Shown in pieces: positions 27,512 to 35,480 of a stretch of 64,000 bases of DNA. The DNA is from Thermoanaerobaculia bacterium (GTDB taxonomy: Bacteria; Acidobacteriota; Thermoanaerobaculia; Gp7-AA8). Made by a program: the position numbers and the translations under genes. Under the pieces are notes generated by a model. The model had not been told where the DNA came from. It saw nothing but the letters and a program-made list of their open reading frames with translations, and did no database searches. The first letter of the stretch is position 1, and the number at the start of each line of letters is the position of its first letter. Location of the stretch: assembly GCA_041671505.1 (NCBI GenBank), contig JBAZBK010000011.1, positions 20,830 through 84,829 on the forward strand, read 5' to 3'.

Positions 27512-28735
27512 TCAGTGCGCCGTCCCGAAATCGATTTTTAAGTTTACCTGATAAATGTCGGCCGTGTCCTGCAGATCGACGATCTGCTCCTCGACCTGCA
27601 GGGCATTCCTCTCGCCATCCTCGAGCTGAACCGTGATCCTGACTCGCTTCGTTTTCGAGGTCGCGGCACCCTCGGCCTTGAGTGTAATCGTCTTTGGCGT
27701 TCTCCTCGCGGATGCGCCGAGCAGGTTGAGTGCGTCGAGCGCCGACGTCGCGCTCTTCCTCGTTCCCTGGGTCGCGTTCTTGCGGAGCGCATCGAGCTCG
27801 GCCATCACGTCGACCGACGAGCGCACCTTCACGTGCTTGACCTCGGGCGCTTCGACAGCTGCCGGTACGCCGGGAGTCGGCGCCACAGCCTCGACCACGC
27901 GAGCCACTGGCGCGGTAATGGGGGCCTGTGCTGGGGGCTTCGGCGCCGGCACCGGCGGAGCTTCGATCACCGGCGCGAGCGCCGTCGCAGGCGGAGGGGC
28001 CGCGGGGGCGGCAGCAGCAGCGGCGGCAAGAGCCGGTGGCGGCGCGGGTCCCGATTTCGGAGCGGATTTCGCCGCTTCATGTGCGGTCGGTGCCTGACTC
28101 CGATCGCGAACGATCGGAGCGATCTTGGTCGCGGGCTCGTCGCCCATCATGCGCTTGCGCAGGTTCTTGAGCGTCAGCTTCGAGATGAGCTTGAGGGTCT
28201 CGAAGACCCCCTGGCCGGTAACTGCGGAAGACTCGGTGAACTCGTACTTTCCTTCCGGGTCCATGATCCGCTGGAGCTCGTCGGCAGGAAGGATCGCCGA
28301 GAGGTCGCGCTTGTTGAGCTGCACGACCACCGGGAGCTCGTCGAGGTCGAGGCCGATCTCCGCGAGGTTCTCGCGGAGGTTGCCGAAGCTCTCGAGGTTT
28401 GCGTCGACCATCGCCTTTTGCGAATCGGCGACGAAGACGAGGCCGTCGGCGCCTTTGAGCACGAGCTTGCGGGTCGTGTTGTAGAAGACCTGACCCGGGA
28501 CGGTGTAGAGCTGAAGGCGGGTCTTGAAGCCGCCGATCACGCCGACGTCGATCGGCAGGAGGTCGAAGAAGAGGGTTCGGTCAGTCTCCGTTTCGAGGCT
28601 GACCATCTCTCCCCGGCTCCCTGGAGAGGTCTTCTGGTAGATGTAATGGAGGTTTGTGGTCTTTCCGCAGAGGCCCGGACCGTAGTACACGATCTTCGCG
28701 GCCATCTGCATCGTCGCGTAATTGAAGAAGACCAT
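27512..28735 (-). CDS. MglA-family small GTPase fused to a Pro/Ala-rich linker and an uncharacterised C-terminal domain
   Basis: The first ~195 aa align by eye with Myxococcus MglA (KIVYYGPGLCGKTTNL, TDRTLFFDLLP, LYTVPGQVFY, NKRDL). About 210 further residues follow. The start is at 28735 (MVFFNY). Confidence 0.85.
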   Translation of the reverse strand: MVFFNYATMQMAAKIVYYGPGLCGKTTNLHYIYQKTSPGSRGEMVSLETETDRTLFFDLLPIDVGVIGGFKTRLQLYTVPGQVFYNTTRKLVLKGADGLVFVADSQKAMVDANLESFGNLRENLAEIGLDLDELPVVVQLNKRDLSAILPADELQRIMDPEGKYEFTESSAVTGQGVFETLKLISKLTLKNLRKRMMGDEPATKIAPIVRDRSQAPTAHEAAKSAPKSGPAPPPALAAAAAAAPAAPPPATALAPVIEAPPVPAPKPPAQAPITAPVARVVEAVAPTPGVPAAVEAPEVKHVKVRSSVDVMAELDALRKNATQGTRKSATSALDALNLLGASARRTPKTITLKAEGAATSKTKRVRITVQLEDGERNALQVEEQIVDLQDTADIYQVNLKIDFGTAH

Positions 28736-28787
28736 CCGCTCCTGCTCCGAGGTAGGGATCGATGGTAGCACCCGCTTCCAAAACGAA

Positions 28788-29627
28788 TCAAGGAAGCGGG
28801 AGCGCGCGAAGAGCCTCGTGGATGCTCATCACGCGGGGGTTGTCAGGGTCGCGTTCGAGAACGATTTCACAGAGCGCGAGCGCGAGGCTCGCGTACGTTG
28901 CCTTCATTGTCGGCTCAGCCGAGAGAAGATCCAAGTGTTTTCGGACGACCGCTTCGTCGCCGCGAACGACGGGCCCGGTAAACCTCGCCGTGCCGCTGCT
29001 GCGACGCCAGTTCTCGATCGCAGAGATCGCGAGTGCGGCGAGGTCGTCGACTCCCACCCCCTCAACTCCTGCGCCGGCGAGCAGCCGTTCGCTCATCGAG
29101 AGGAGCGCGGCAGGGTAGTTCGCCGCGAGCACTGCCGCCGCGTGGTAGGTCGCCTTCGCGGCAGCCGTGACGCGCGTGAGGCGGGCGCGCGCGCGCAGCG
29201 CGATCGCCTCTGCGACCTCGAGCGCTTCCTCGGGGCCTTCGACGACGAGCAGCGCGTCGTCGAGCGCTCCGTCGGCGCCTCGCGGCGGCAGCGAGCGCAG
29301 CGGGTGGAGGCTGAACGACCGCGCGTGTGGCGCGAAGAGTGAAGCGGGATGCGACCCGCTCGCGTGGAACAACCAGACCTCGTCGCGCGCGAGGGCCGCC
29401 AGTTTGCCGCACATGAGTGGAAGCGCGTCGTCGGACACGGCGACGAGGACCAGGTCGGCGCGCGTGATGACCTCTTCGATCGAGGTACGCGATGCCGCGA
29501 GAAGCTCCGGAAGGCCGCTTGGTGAGGCTTCCCGGAGCGCCACGCCAATGACCGGGTCGCCAGCCGAGCGCCACGCGCTTCCGAATGCCCACGCGGCACG
29601 GCCGCCGCCGATGATGCCGAGACGCAT
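28788..29627 (-). CDS. Rossmann-like / DUF2520 domain-containing putative oxidoreductase
   Basis: Has an N-terminal dinucleotide-binding motif (MRLGIIGGGRAAWAF). The overall layout resembles the F420/NADP-oxidoreductase-like plus DUF2520 family. Assignment is from memory. Confidence 0.6.
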   Translation of the reverse strand: MRLGIIGGGRAAWAFGSAWRSAGDPVIGVALREASPSGLPELLAASRTSIEEVITRADLVLVAVSDDALPLMCGKLAALARDEVWLFHASGSHPASLFAPHARSFSLHPLRSLPPRGADGALDDALLVVEGPEEALEVAEAIALRARARLTRVTAAAKATYHAAAVLAANYPAALLSMSERLLAGAGVEGVGVDDLAALAISAIENWRRSSGTARFTGPVVRGDEAVVRKHLDLLSAEPTMKATYASLALALCEIVLERDPDNPRVMSIHEALRALPLP

Positions 29628-29722
29628 TCCGATAGTCTAACGGTGTTCTGCGTTGCGAAATCGGCGGCGAGGGCCGAAACTGGTCGGCGGCGGGGTGGAG
29701 GCAGATCCCCCGATCGCACGAC

Positions 29723-31258
29723 ATGCAGGTCCCATTCGAACTGCGGCGCAAGCTGCTCCAGCTCGAGGCGCTCTACGACATCGGGCGGGCGCTCAGCTCG
29801 CTGCGCCCCGAAGGGGATCTTCTCGACGAGCTGATGCAGAGAGCGGTCGCGGTCCTCGACGCGACGATCGGATTCGCAGTATCGCTCGACGCCGAATCGC
29901 AGCTTCAGCATCTCTACGCGCTCGGCTTGCGGGAAGGTGAGTCGGCCGAGCGGGTGATGGCGACCGAGCCGGTGCGGCGCGTGCTGGCGATGCGGACGCC
30001 GCTTTCGACCACCGTAGGCGAGTTCCTGGGCGAGCCGGGGGGCGCTGTGCTGGTCGCGCCGCTCCTCGCGGGTGACGCCCTGCTCGGTGCCGTCGGAGTC
30101 GTCGGCAAGGAAGAGCGCGGCGCGGCGCCCGGAAGCTTCGTCGAGGACGACCTGCGCTTTCTCGCGTCGCTTGCGACGATCGGCGCTGCGGCGATCGACA
30201 ATTCGAGAAACTTCGCCAGGCTCAACAGCATGCGCGAGTCGCTCGAGAGCGAGAACCGGACGCTGCGCGAGAGGATGCTCCGCGAGTTCAGCGACAGGCT
30301 GATGATCGGCGACTCGCCGCAGATGCAGAAGGTGATGGACCTCGTCGCGCGCGTCGCCGACAGTCATGCGAACGTCCTGATCCGCGGCGAGTCGGGAACC
30401 GGCAAGGAGATGATCGCGCGCCTCGTGCACGGCAACTCGCCGCGCCGCGACAAGCCGTTCATTGCGCTCAACTGCGCGGCGCTTCCCGAAACGCTGCTCG
30501 AGTCCGAGCTCTTTGGCATCGAGCGCGGCGTGGCGACGGGAGTCGAGGCGAGACCCGGAAAATTCGAGCTCGCGCAGGGAGGGACCGTGTTCCTCGACGA
30601 GATCGGCGACATCCCGCTCACCCTCCAGGCGAAACTGCTGCGCGTCCTGCAGGAGCGCGAGATCGAGAAGCTCGGAGGGCGGAAGAGGATCAAAGTCGAC
30701 GTCCGGATCCTCGCGGCGACTCACCGGTCGCTCGAGACGATGATCGAAAAGGGTGAGTTCCGGCAGGATCTCTACTACCGGCTCCGCGTCGTCGAGATCA
30801 AGCTGCCTCCGCTCAGGGAGCGGCGACAGGACATTCCGAAACTCGTGCGCTACTTCCTCGACAGGTACGGGAGACGCGAGGGGCGGCCCGACATCCGGCT
30901 CGCGCCCGAGGCGCTCGACAGGATTCTCTCGTACTCGTTTCCCGGCAACGTGCGCGAGCTTGAGAACCTGATCGAGGGGGCGGTGGCGCTCGCCGTCGAT
31001 CCGGTGATCAGCGCGGCTGATCTTCACCTCGGAAGCTTGAGCGACGCGCCGGGAGTGGCAGCGAGCCAGGGGTTCGGGGCAGATCTCCCCACCCTTCGTG
31101 AGCTCGAATTGCGTTATGTCGCGAAAGTCCTCACCGAAACGCGGGGCAACATGTCACACGCATCGAGGATCCTCGGTGTCGACAGGAAGACTGTGTATCG
31201 ACTTCGCGACTTGTTGTCCCAAAATAGGCCAATTGCTGAATTTACGGACATTAACTGA
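29723..31258 (+). CDS. Sigma-54-dependent transcriptional activator (GAF sensor, AAA+ domain, Fis-type HTH)
   Basis: Contains Walker A (GESGTGKE), a GAFTGA-equivalent loop region, Walker B (VFLDEIGD), the R-finger region, and a C-terminal HTH (NMSHASRILGVDRKTVYRL). Confidence 0.9.
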   Translation: MQVPFELRRKLLQLEALYDIGRALSSLRPEGDLLDELMQRAVAVLDATIGFAVSLDAESQLQHLYALGLREGESAERVMATEPVRRVLAMRTPLSTTVGEFLGEPGGAVLVAPLLAGDALLGAVGVVGKEERGAAPGSFVEDDLRFLASLATIGAAAIDNSRNFARLNSMRESLESENRTLRERMLREFSDRLMIGDSPQMQKVMDLVARVADSHANVLIRGESGTGKEMIARLVHGNSPRRDKPFIALNCAALPETLLESELFGIERGVATGVEARPGKFELAQGGTVFLDEIGDIPLTLQAKLLRVLQEREIEKLGGRKRIKVDVRILAATHRSLETMIEKGEFRQDLYYRLRVVEIKLPPLRERRQDIPKLVRYFLDRYGRREGRPDIRLAPEALDRILSYSFPGNVRELENLIEGAVALAVDPVISAADLHLGSLSDAPGVAASQGFGADLPTLRELELRYVAKVLTETRGNMSHASRILGVDRKTVYRLRDLLSQNRPIAEFTDIN

Positions 31259-31415
31259 ATCTATCTATTTTCAATAGTTTACGGCATTTTGTGTTCGTTG
31301 CTTGGTAGACATGTAGAGAAAATACCCAATACCTGAGGCGCGCCCGTTTGTGGTGTCTAGCTGTTAAGTCTTTAAAACAAATAGGTTACGTGTCTCGTGC
31401 GAATGCGGCTGAAGT

Positions 31416-31431
31416 TGGCAGCCGGATTGCT
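31416..31431 (+). promoter_or_regulatory. Candidate sigma-54 (-24/-12) promoter
   Basis: TGGCAG-N5-TTGCT has the exact consensus spacing (TGGCAC-N5-TTGC). It lies ~160 nt downstream of the activator gene, after an AT-rich tract, and ~48 nt upstream of the micro-ORF start. Confidence 0.6.
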
Positions 31432-31478
31432 CTCTCCCTCTGCGGGTTCCAAACCCACGCCAGTTGAGAGGGACGACA

Positions 31479-31640
31479 ATGACCGCACTCGTACGCAGAA
31501 AGCTCGAAGTTGCCGTGAATGCACGGTACGTGTTGCCCGCAGTGCTCGCGATGAATACACTGCTTCTGTTCGCGTACGACAGCCTGCTCGGGATCCCCAG
31601 CTGGATCAAGGTCGCGGCGACGCTGTTTCTCCAGTTCTAA
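31479..31640 (+). CDS. Small hydrophobic protein (53 aa), hypothetical
   Basis: Hand translation gives MTALVRRKLEVAVNARYVLPAVLAMNTLLLFAYDSLLGIPSWIKVAATLFLQF*. The third codon positions are mostly G/C, as in the flanking genes. It is preceded by GAGAGGGAC and is below the 60-aa cut-off of the ORF track. Confidence 0.4.
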   Translation: MTALVRRKLEVAVNARYVLPAVLAMNTLLLFAYDSLLGIPSWIKVAATLFLQF

Positions 31641-31666
31641 CGCCGAATGGCTCCAGGTCCGAACTG

Positions 31667-32116
31667 ATGACTGACGCCGTCGATCGACAGGTCGAGCTCA
31701 CTCTTCCAATGGTCGAGGATATCGAGCTCGCCGTCATCAAGACCGCCGCCGACCTGGCACGCACCGTCGGCATGGGCAGCGTCGAAATCGACGAAGTCTC
31801 CCACGCAATCATCGAAGCCTGCATCAACGCGCGCGAACACGCGTGTTGCGCCGATGAGCGCATCTATCTAAGATTCCTCGGAGGGATCACAACCGACGGT
31901 CGGGCGAAGCTCGAGGTCTGGATCAAAGACCGTGGCGTCGGTTTCGACCCTTCGAAGGTGAAGCCTCGTGAGCCCGGCAAGGCCGACGCTCCTCGCAAAC
32001 GAGGCTGGGGGCTCCAGATCATGCGCGCCCACGTCGACGACCTCGAGATCAGCTCGGGTGCCGACGGTACCACCATCCATATGGTCAAATTCTCCGAGAG
32101 ACGACGCGATGACTGA
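31667..32116 (+). CDS. Anti-sigma regulatory factor / RsbW-SpoIIAB-type Ser-protein kinase (HATPase_c_2)
   Basis: Contains an N-box (IIEACINAREHA) and G-boxes (DRGVGFD and RGWGLQIM), and is ~149 aa. The upstream part of ORF 31397-32116 looks non-coding. Confidence 0.75.
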   Translation: MTDAVDRQVELTLPMVEDIELAVIKTAADLARTVGMGSVEIDEVSHAIIEACINAREHACCADERIYLRFLGGITTDGRAKLEVWIKDRGVGFDPSKVKPREPGKADAPRKRGWGLQIMRAHVDDLEISSGADGTTIHMVKFSERRRDD

Positions 32117-32471
32117 CGACTTGAAAGTGACGGTCCAGCGCAAAGGCGATGCGGCGGTCCTGTACACGCGGGGCTACATCAACAACCTCGGGGGTGAGGA
32201 GATCGCTTCGCGCGCCTACGAGCTCATGGACGACGGCATCCGCACTCTCATTCTCAATCTCCAGGAGACGAAGATCGTCAACTCCATCGGAATCAGCATC
32301 CTGATCGAAGTCATCGAGAAGATGACCGAGAAGGAAGGGCAGATCGCCTTCTGCTGCCTTACTCCGGTCATTCAGAAGACCTTCCAGATCATGGGCCTCG
32401 CGCAATACGCAAAGATCTTCCCCGACGAAGCGAGCGCATCGCAGGAGCTCGGGCTTCCCGCCGCGTCGTAA
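32109..32471 (+). CDS. STAS domain anti-sigma-factor antagonist (RsbV/SpoIIAA-like)
   Basis: The 120 aa protein starts MTDDLKVTVQRKGDAAVLYTRGYIN. A conserved phosphorylatable Ser lies in the context IVNSIGISILI. The start overlaps the kinase stop by 8 nt. Confidence 0.8.
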   Translation: MTDDLKVTVQRKGDAAVLYTRGYINNLGGEEIASRAYELMDDGIRTLILNLQETKIVNSIGISILIEVIEKMTEKEGQIAFCCLTPVIQKTFQIMGLAQYAKIFPDEASASQELGLPAAS

Positions 32472-32511
32472 GACGGGACCTCACCATCCAACCAGAAGCT
32501 TGAAGATTCAG

Positions 32512-32636
32512 AGGCCGGGCGCGGGCCCTGGCTCGTTCACGTTCACGGGATTTTCACTCCCGTTTCAGTCGCACTGAACGACGCTGCTCGCGCCCGGGCT
32601 GTTCCGTGAACGTGAACGCTTCCGAGCCCGAGCCCG
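32512..32636. repeat. Nested inverted repeat between the STAS and PP2C genes, locus L (hexamer-type arms)
   Basis: CGTTCACGTTCACGG (32534-32548) and CCGTGAACGTGAACG (32604-32618) are a perfect 15-bp inverted repeat built from 2 x GTTCAC. Outer GC-rich arms (GCCGGGCGCGGGCC at ~32514 and GCGCGCCCGGGC at ~32589) are present. A run GAGCCCGAGCCCGG followed by TTTTT lies at 32624-32642. Confidence 0.7.
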
Positions 32637-32744
32637 GTTTTTCTTCGCAGTCCCGCATCACCCCGGCGTTCCCGCGTCCAGCAGGTCTCGCTCGGACGAG
32701 CTCACCAGAACCCGCGGCCCTCCTTTCCCGTATCCAACATCACG

Positions 32745-34484
32745 ATGTCATTACCGTTCGAGCCCGCCGAGAGGCGTAAGATCGGCATCAACCGACGACT
32801 CACGGGGAGCTGGATGCAACTGACGGCGACGCTGTTCGACGAGCTTCAGGCGATCGAGAAGATCGCGCCGCGCGCGGCGTCCGCCTCACGGCGGCGCGCC
32901 GAGACGATTCGCGAGGTGCTCTCGCGGCATCTGCCATACAGCCGCATCGGCGTCTACTTCGACGATTCACAGCGCGGTGAGCTCGTGCTCGCCGCAGCGA
33001 TCGGCAGCGGTCTCCCCGACGCTCTAGAGCGTCTCTGCGTGGTGCGCGAGCCCGGGTCGGTCCTGCAGCAGTGCGATCCTCCCGCGGACTACCTCGTCCC
33101 GCTCGCTTCGTCGAAGGAGGTTTTCGGTGCGCTCGTACTCGGCGGAGGCAGCGCCCAGGCGCTCGACGAGAACGGGCGCTCGAGCCTGCGCGCGTTAGGC
33201 GCGTACCTGTCCGCACTGCTTGCGGCGAGCAGGCTCGCGACCGAAGTCCGCGACGGCGATTTCCAGATGCGCCTGCAGATGTGGGAGCTCGAGTCGCTCT
33301 ACGACATCGGTCTCTCGATCGCCTCGATGCTCGACATGGGCCAGCTCGGCGACGAAATCCTCGTAAGGACGATGTCGCTCGTCAACGCGCGGCGCGCCGC
33401 GCTCTATCTCCGGCAGGGGACGCGTTTCGCGCTCCATCAGGCTCTCGGAGGAGCGCGCGCGCAGTTTCTCGACGACGAGCTGAGCCCCGATGCGGTGAAG
33501 ACTCTTCTCGACGCCGGCGAGCCGGTCGCGTTCGAGAAAGGCGCGGACTGTATCTTCCCCGGATGTGAGACGCTGGTCGCGATGCCGATCCGCTCGTCGA
33601 ACGGCGAGGTGATCGGCGTCCTCGCCGCGGCCGACCGCGAGTTCCGCGACGGCTCGGTCGGACCGTTCGAAGATGGCGAGCTTCGCCTGCTCCACCGGTT
33701 CGCGAACCAGGTCTCGATCGCCCTGCAGAACGCGCGACTTCACCGTGACGCGCTCGACAAGCAGGCGATCGAGCGCGACCTCGAGCTCGCCGGCTCGATT
33801 CAGAACAACATTCTTCCGCGCACCCTGCCGACGACCGAGGGGTACGAGATCGCCGTGCTGCACAACCCGGCACGCCAGCTCGGGGGCGACTACCACACCT
33901 TCTTCGAGCGCGACGGTGTCATCTCCGCCTGCGTCGCCGACGTCTCCGGGAAGTCGGTCCCCGCGGCGATCCTCGTTTCCGCGCTTCACGCGGCGCTGCA
34001 ACTCCTCTTCCACGAGCGGCGCCCGCTCGGAGAGATCGCTGAGGAGCTCAACCGGCACATCCACCGCTGGTCGTCGGAGTCGAAGTTCATCACCTTCATC
34101 ATCGCGACGATCGACCGTAAGGCGGAGGAGATCCGTTACGTGAATGCCGGGCACAACCCGGCGTTCATCGTCCTCGACGGAAAGGTCGAGACACTCCATT
34201 CGCACGGGCTTCCGATCGGCATTCTCGGCGCGAGCCGCTACGAAGCGCAGACCCGTCCGTTCCCTGCCGGCTCTCTTCTCGCGCTCTACAGCGACGGCAT
34301 CACCGAAGCGAACAACGTCGCGGAAGACGAGTTCGGCCCCGTGCGCCTGACCGACATCCTCACGGCGAACGAGACCAAGAGCTGCGCGGCGATCCGCGAC
34401 CTGATCCGCGACGAGGTGCGGGAGTTCGCCGGCGAGGCGCCACAGTACGACGACCAGACGGTCGTGCTGGTGAGGACGAGCTAA
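32745..34484 (+). CDS. PP2C-family (SpoIIE/RsbU-type) Ser phosphatase with N-terminal GAF domain(s)
   Basis: The C-terminal domain has motifs GGDYHTFF, ADVSGKSVPAAILVSALHAALQ, LYSDGITEA and DDQTVVLV. The central GAF-like domain begins WELESLYDIGLSIAS. Confidence 0.85.
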   Translation: MSLPFEPAERRKIGINRRLTGSWMQLTATLFDELQAIEKIAPRAASASRRRAETIREVLSRHLPYSRIGVYFDDSQRGELVLAAAIGSGLPDALERLCVVREPGSVLQQCDPPADYLVPLASSKEVFGALVLGGGSAQALDENGRSSLRALGAYLSALLAASRLATEVRDGDFQMRLQMWELESLYDIGLSIASMLDMGQLGDEILVRTMSLVNARRAALYLRQGTRFALHQALGGARAQFLDDELSPDAVKTLLDAGEPVAFEKGADCIFPGCETLVAMPIRSSNGEVIGVLAAADREFRDGSVGPFEDGELRLLHRFANQVSIALQNARLHRDALDKQAIERDLELAGSIQNNILPRTLPTTEGYEIAVLHNPARQLGGDYHTFFERDGVISACVADVSGKSVPAAILVSALHAALQLLFHERRPLGEIAEELNRHIHRWSSESKFITFIIATIDRKAEEIRYVNAGHNPAFIVLDGKVETLHSHGLPIGILGASRYEAQTRPFPAGSLLALYSDGITEANNVAEDEFGPVRLTDILTANETKSCAAIRDLIRDEVREFAGEAPQYDDQTVVLVRTS

Positions 34485-34530
34485 ACCACTGCTCACCACC
34501 TGATGGCCTCGAGTTAAGAGCGGAGCTACC

Positions 34531-34624
34531 GAAGTTAGAAGTTAGAACGATGAATGTTGAATCCAGAAAAGCCGCTACGGCTTCTCTTCTGGATTCTCAA
34601 TTCATCGTTCATCGTTCTAACTTC
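34531..34624. repeat. Heptamer-array hairpin, GAANNNN family, locus J (AT-rich)
   Basis: The left arm reads GAAGTTA GAAGTTA GAACGAT GAATGTT GAATCCA GAAAAGC CG. After a 3-4 nt loop, the right arm has reverse complement GAAGTTA GAACGAT GAACGAT GAATTGA GAATCCA GAAGAGA AGCCG. Confidence 0.9.
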
Positions 34625-34657
34625 AAGTTTGCTTCAGTTGACCTAAGGCCATTGTGC

Positions 34658-35440
34658 TTACCCTTCGAACTTCGGCGCTCTCTTCTCGAAGAACGCCGCG
34701 ATTCCCTCGGTTGCCTCGCTTGACATGAATGCGGCAAGCTGGTGCTCGACCTCCATCGAAAGCTGATCGGCGAGCGACTGCCACTCCGAGGCGTGCACGG
34801 CGCGCTTGATCCCTTCCACGGCGATGCGGGGCCCGTCGGCGATCGCGCGGGCGAACACCGCCGTTTCGGACGCGAGGCTCTCCGCCGGCACGACCCGATC
34901 GATCATTCCGATTTCCAGCGCCTCGCGCGCGTCGACCGCGCGGCCCGACATCATCAACTCCATCGCGCGTCCCTTGCCGACGAGCCGCGGCAGAAACCAG
35001 GTGCCGCCCCAGTCGGGGTGCAGCCCGATTTTCACGAACGACTGGGCGAACTTCGCATTCTCCGAAGCGATCCGGTAGTCGCAGGCGAGAGCGAGGTTGC
35101 AGCCGGCGCCGGCGGCGATCCCGTTCACCGACGCGATGACGAAGTGCCGCATCGCGCGGAGCCGGGCGACGATTTCTCCGCCTGCCTCGAGCAGCCCGCG
35201 GAACGTCGCGGCATCGCCCGATTTCTGCAGGCCGCTCATGTACTCGACGTCGCCGCCCGCGCAGAACGCGCGGCCTGCCCCGGTGATGACGACGACGCGG
35301 AGCGTCTCGTCGTCCGCGACTTCCTCGAGCGCGGAGATGAGATCCTCGCGCATCGTTCCTGCGAATGCGTTCAGTTTTTCGTTGCGGTTGAGTGTGATCG
35401 TCGCGATGCCCGACTCGCGCTCGAGAAGTATCTCGTTCAT
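34658..35440 (-). CDS. Enoyl-CoA hydratase/isomerase family protein
   Basis: The 260 aa protein starts MNEILLERESGIATITLNRNEKLNAF and contains the crotonase oxyanion-hole region VVVITGAGRAFCAGGD. The longer ORF to 36139 is a read-through across the repeat. Confidence 0.9.
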   Translation of the reverse strand: MNEILLERESGIATITLNRNEKLNAFAGTMREDLISALEEVADDETLRVVVITGAGRAFCAGGDVEYMSGLQKSGDAATFRGLLEAGGEIVARLRAMRHFVIASVNGIAAGAGCNLALACDYRIASENAKFAQSFVKIGLHPDWGGTWFLPRLVGKGRAMELMMSGRAVDAREALEIGMIDRVVPAESLASETAVFARAIADGPRIAVEGIKRAVHASEWQSLADQLSMEVEHQLAAFMSSEATEGIAAFFEKRAPKFEG

Positions 35441-35480
35441 CGTGATGGTGCTCCCGGCGGCGAGTGTACCTATGAATGCA

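Noticed and set aside
29093-31027. A 644-aa minus-strand ORF
   Set aside because: It is antisense to the well-supported sigma-54 activator and overlaps the DUF2520 gene out of frame. It is Arg/Pro-rich with no motifs, a typical high-GC shadow ORF.
31397-31666. An N-terminal 90-aa extension of the RsbW-like kinase ORF
   Set aside because: The extension would begin before the sigma-54 promoter motif, has a non-coding-like composition, and overlaps the better-looking 53-aa ORF in another frame. The kinase domain is complete from the ATG at 31667.
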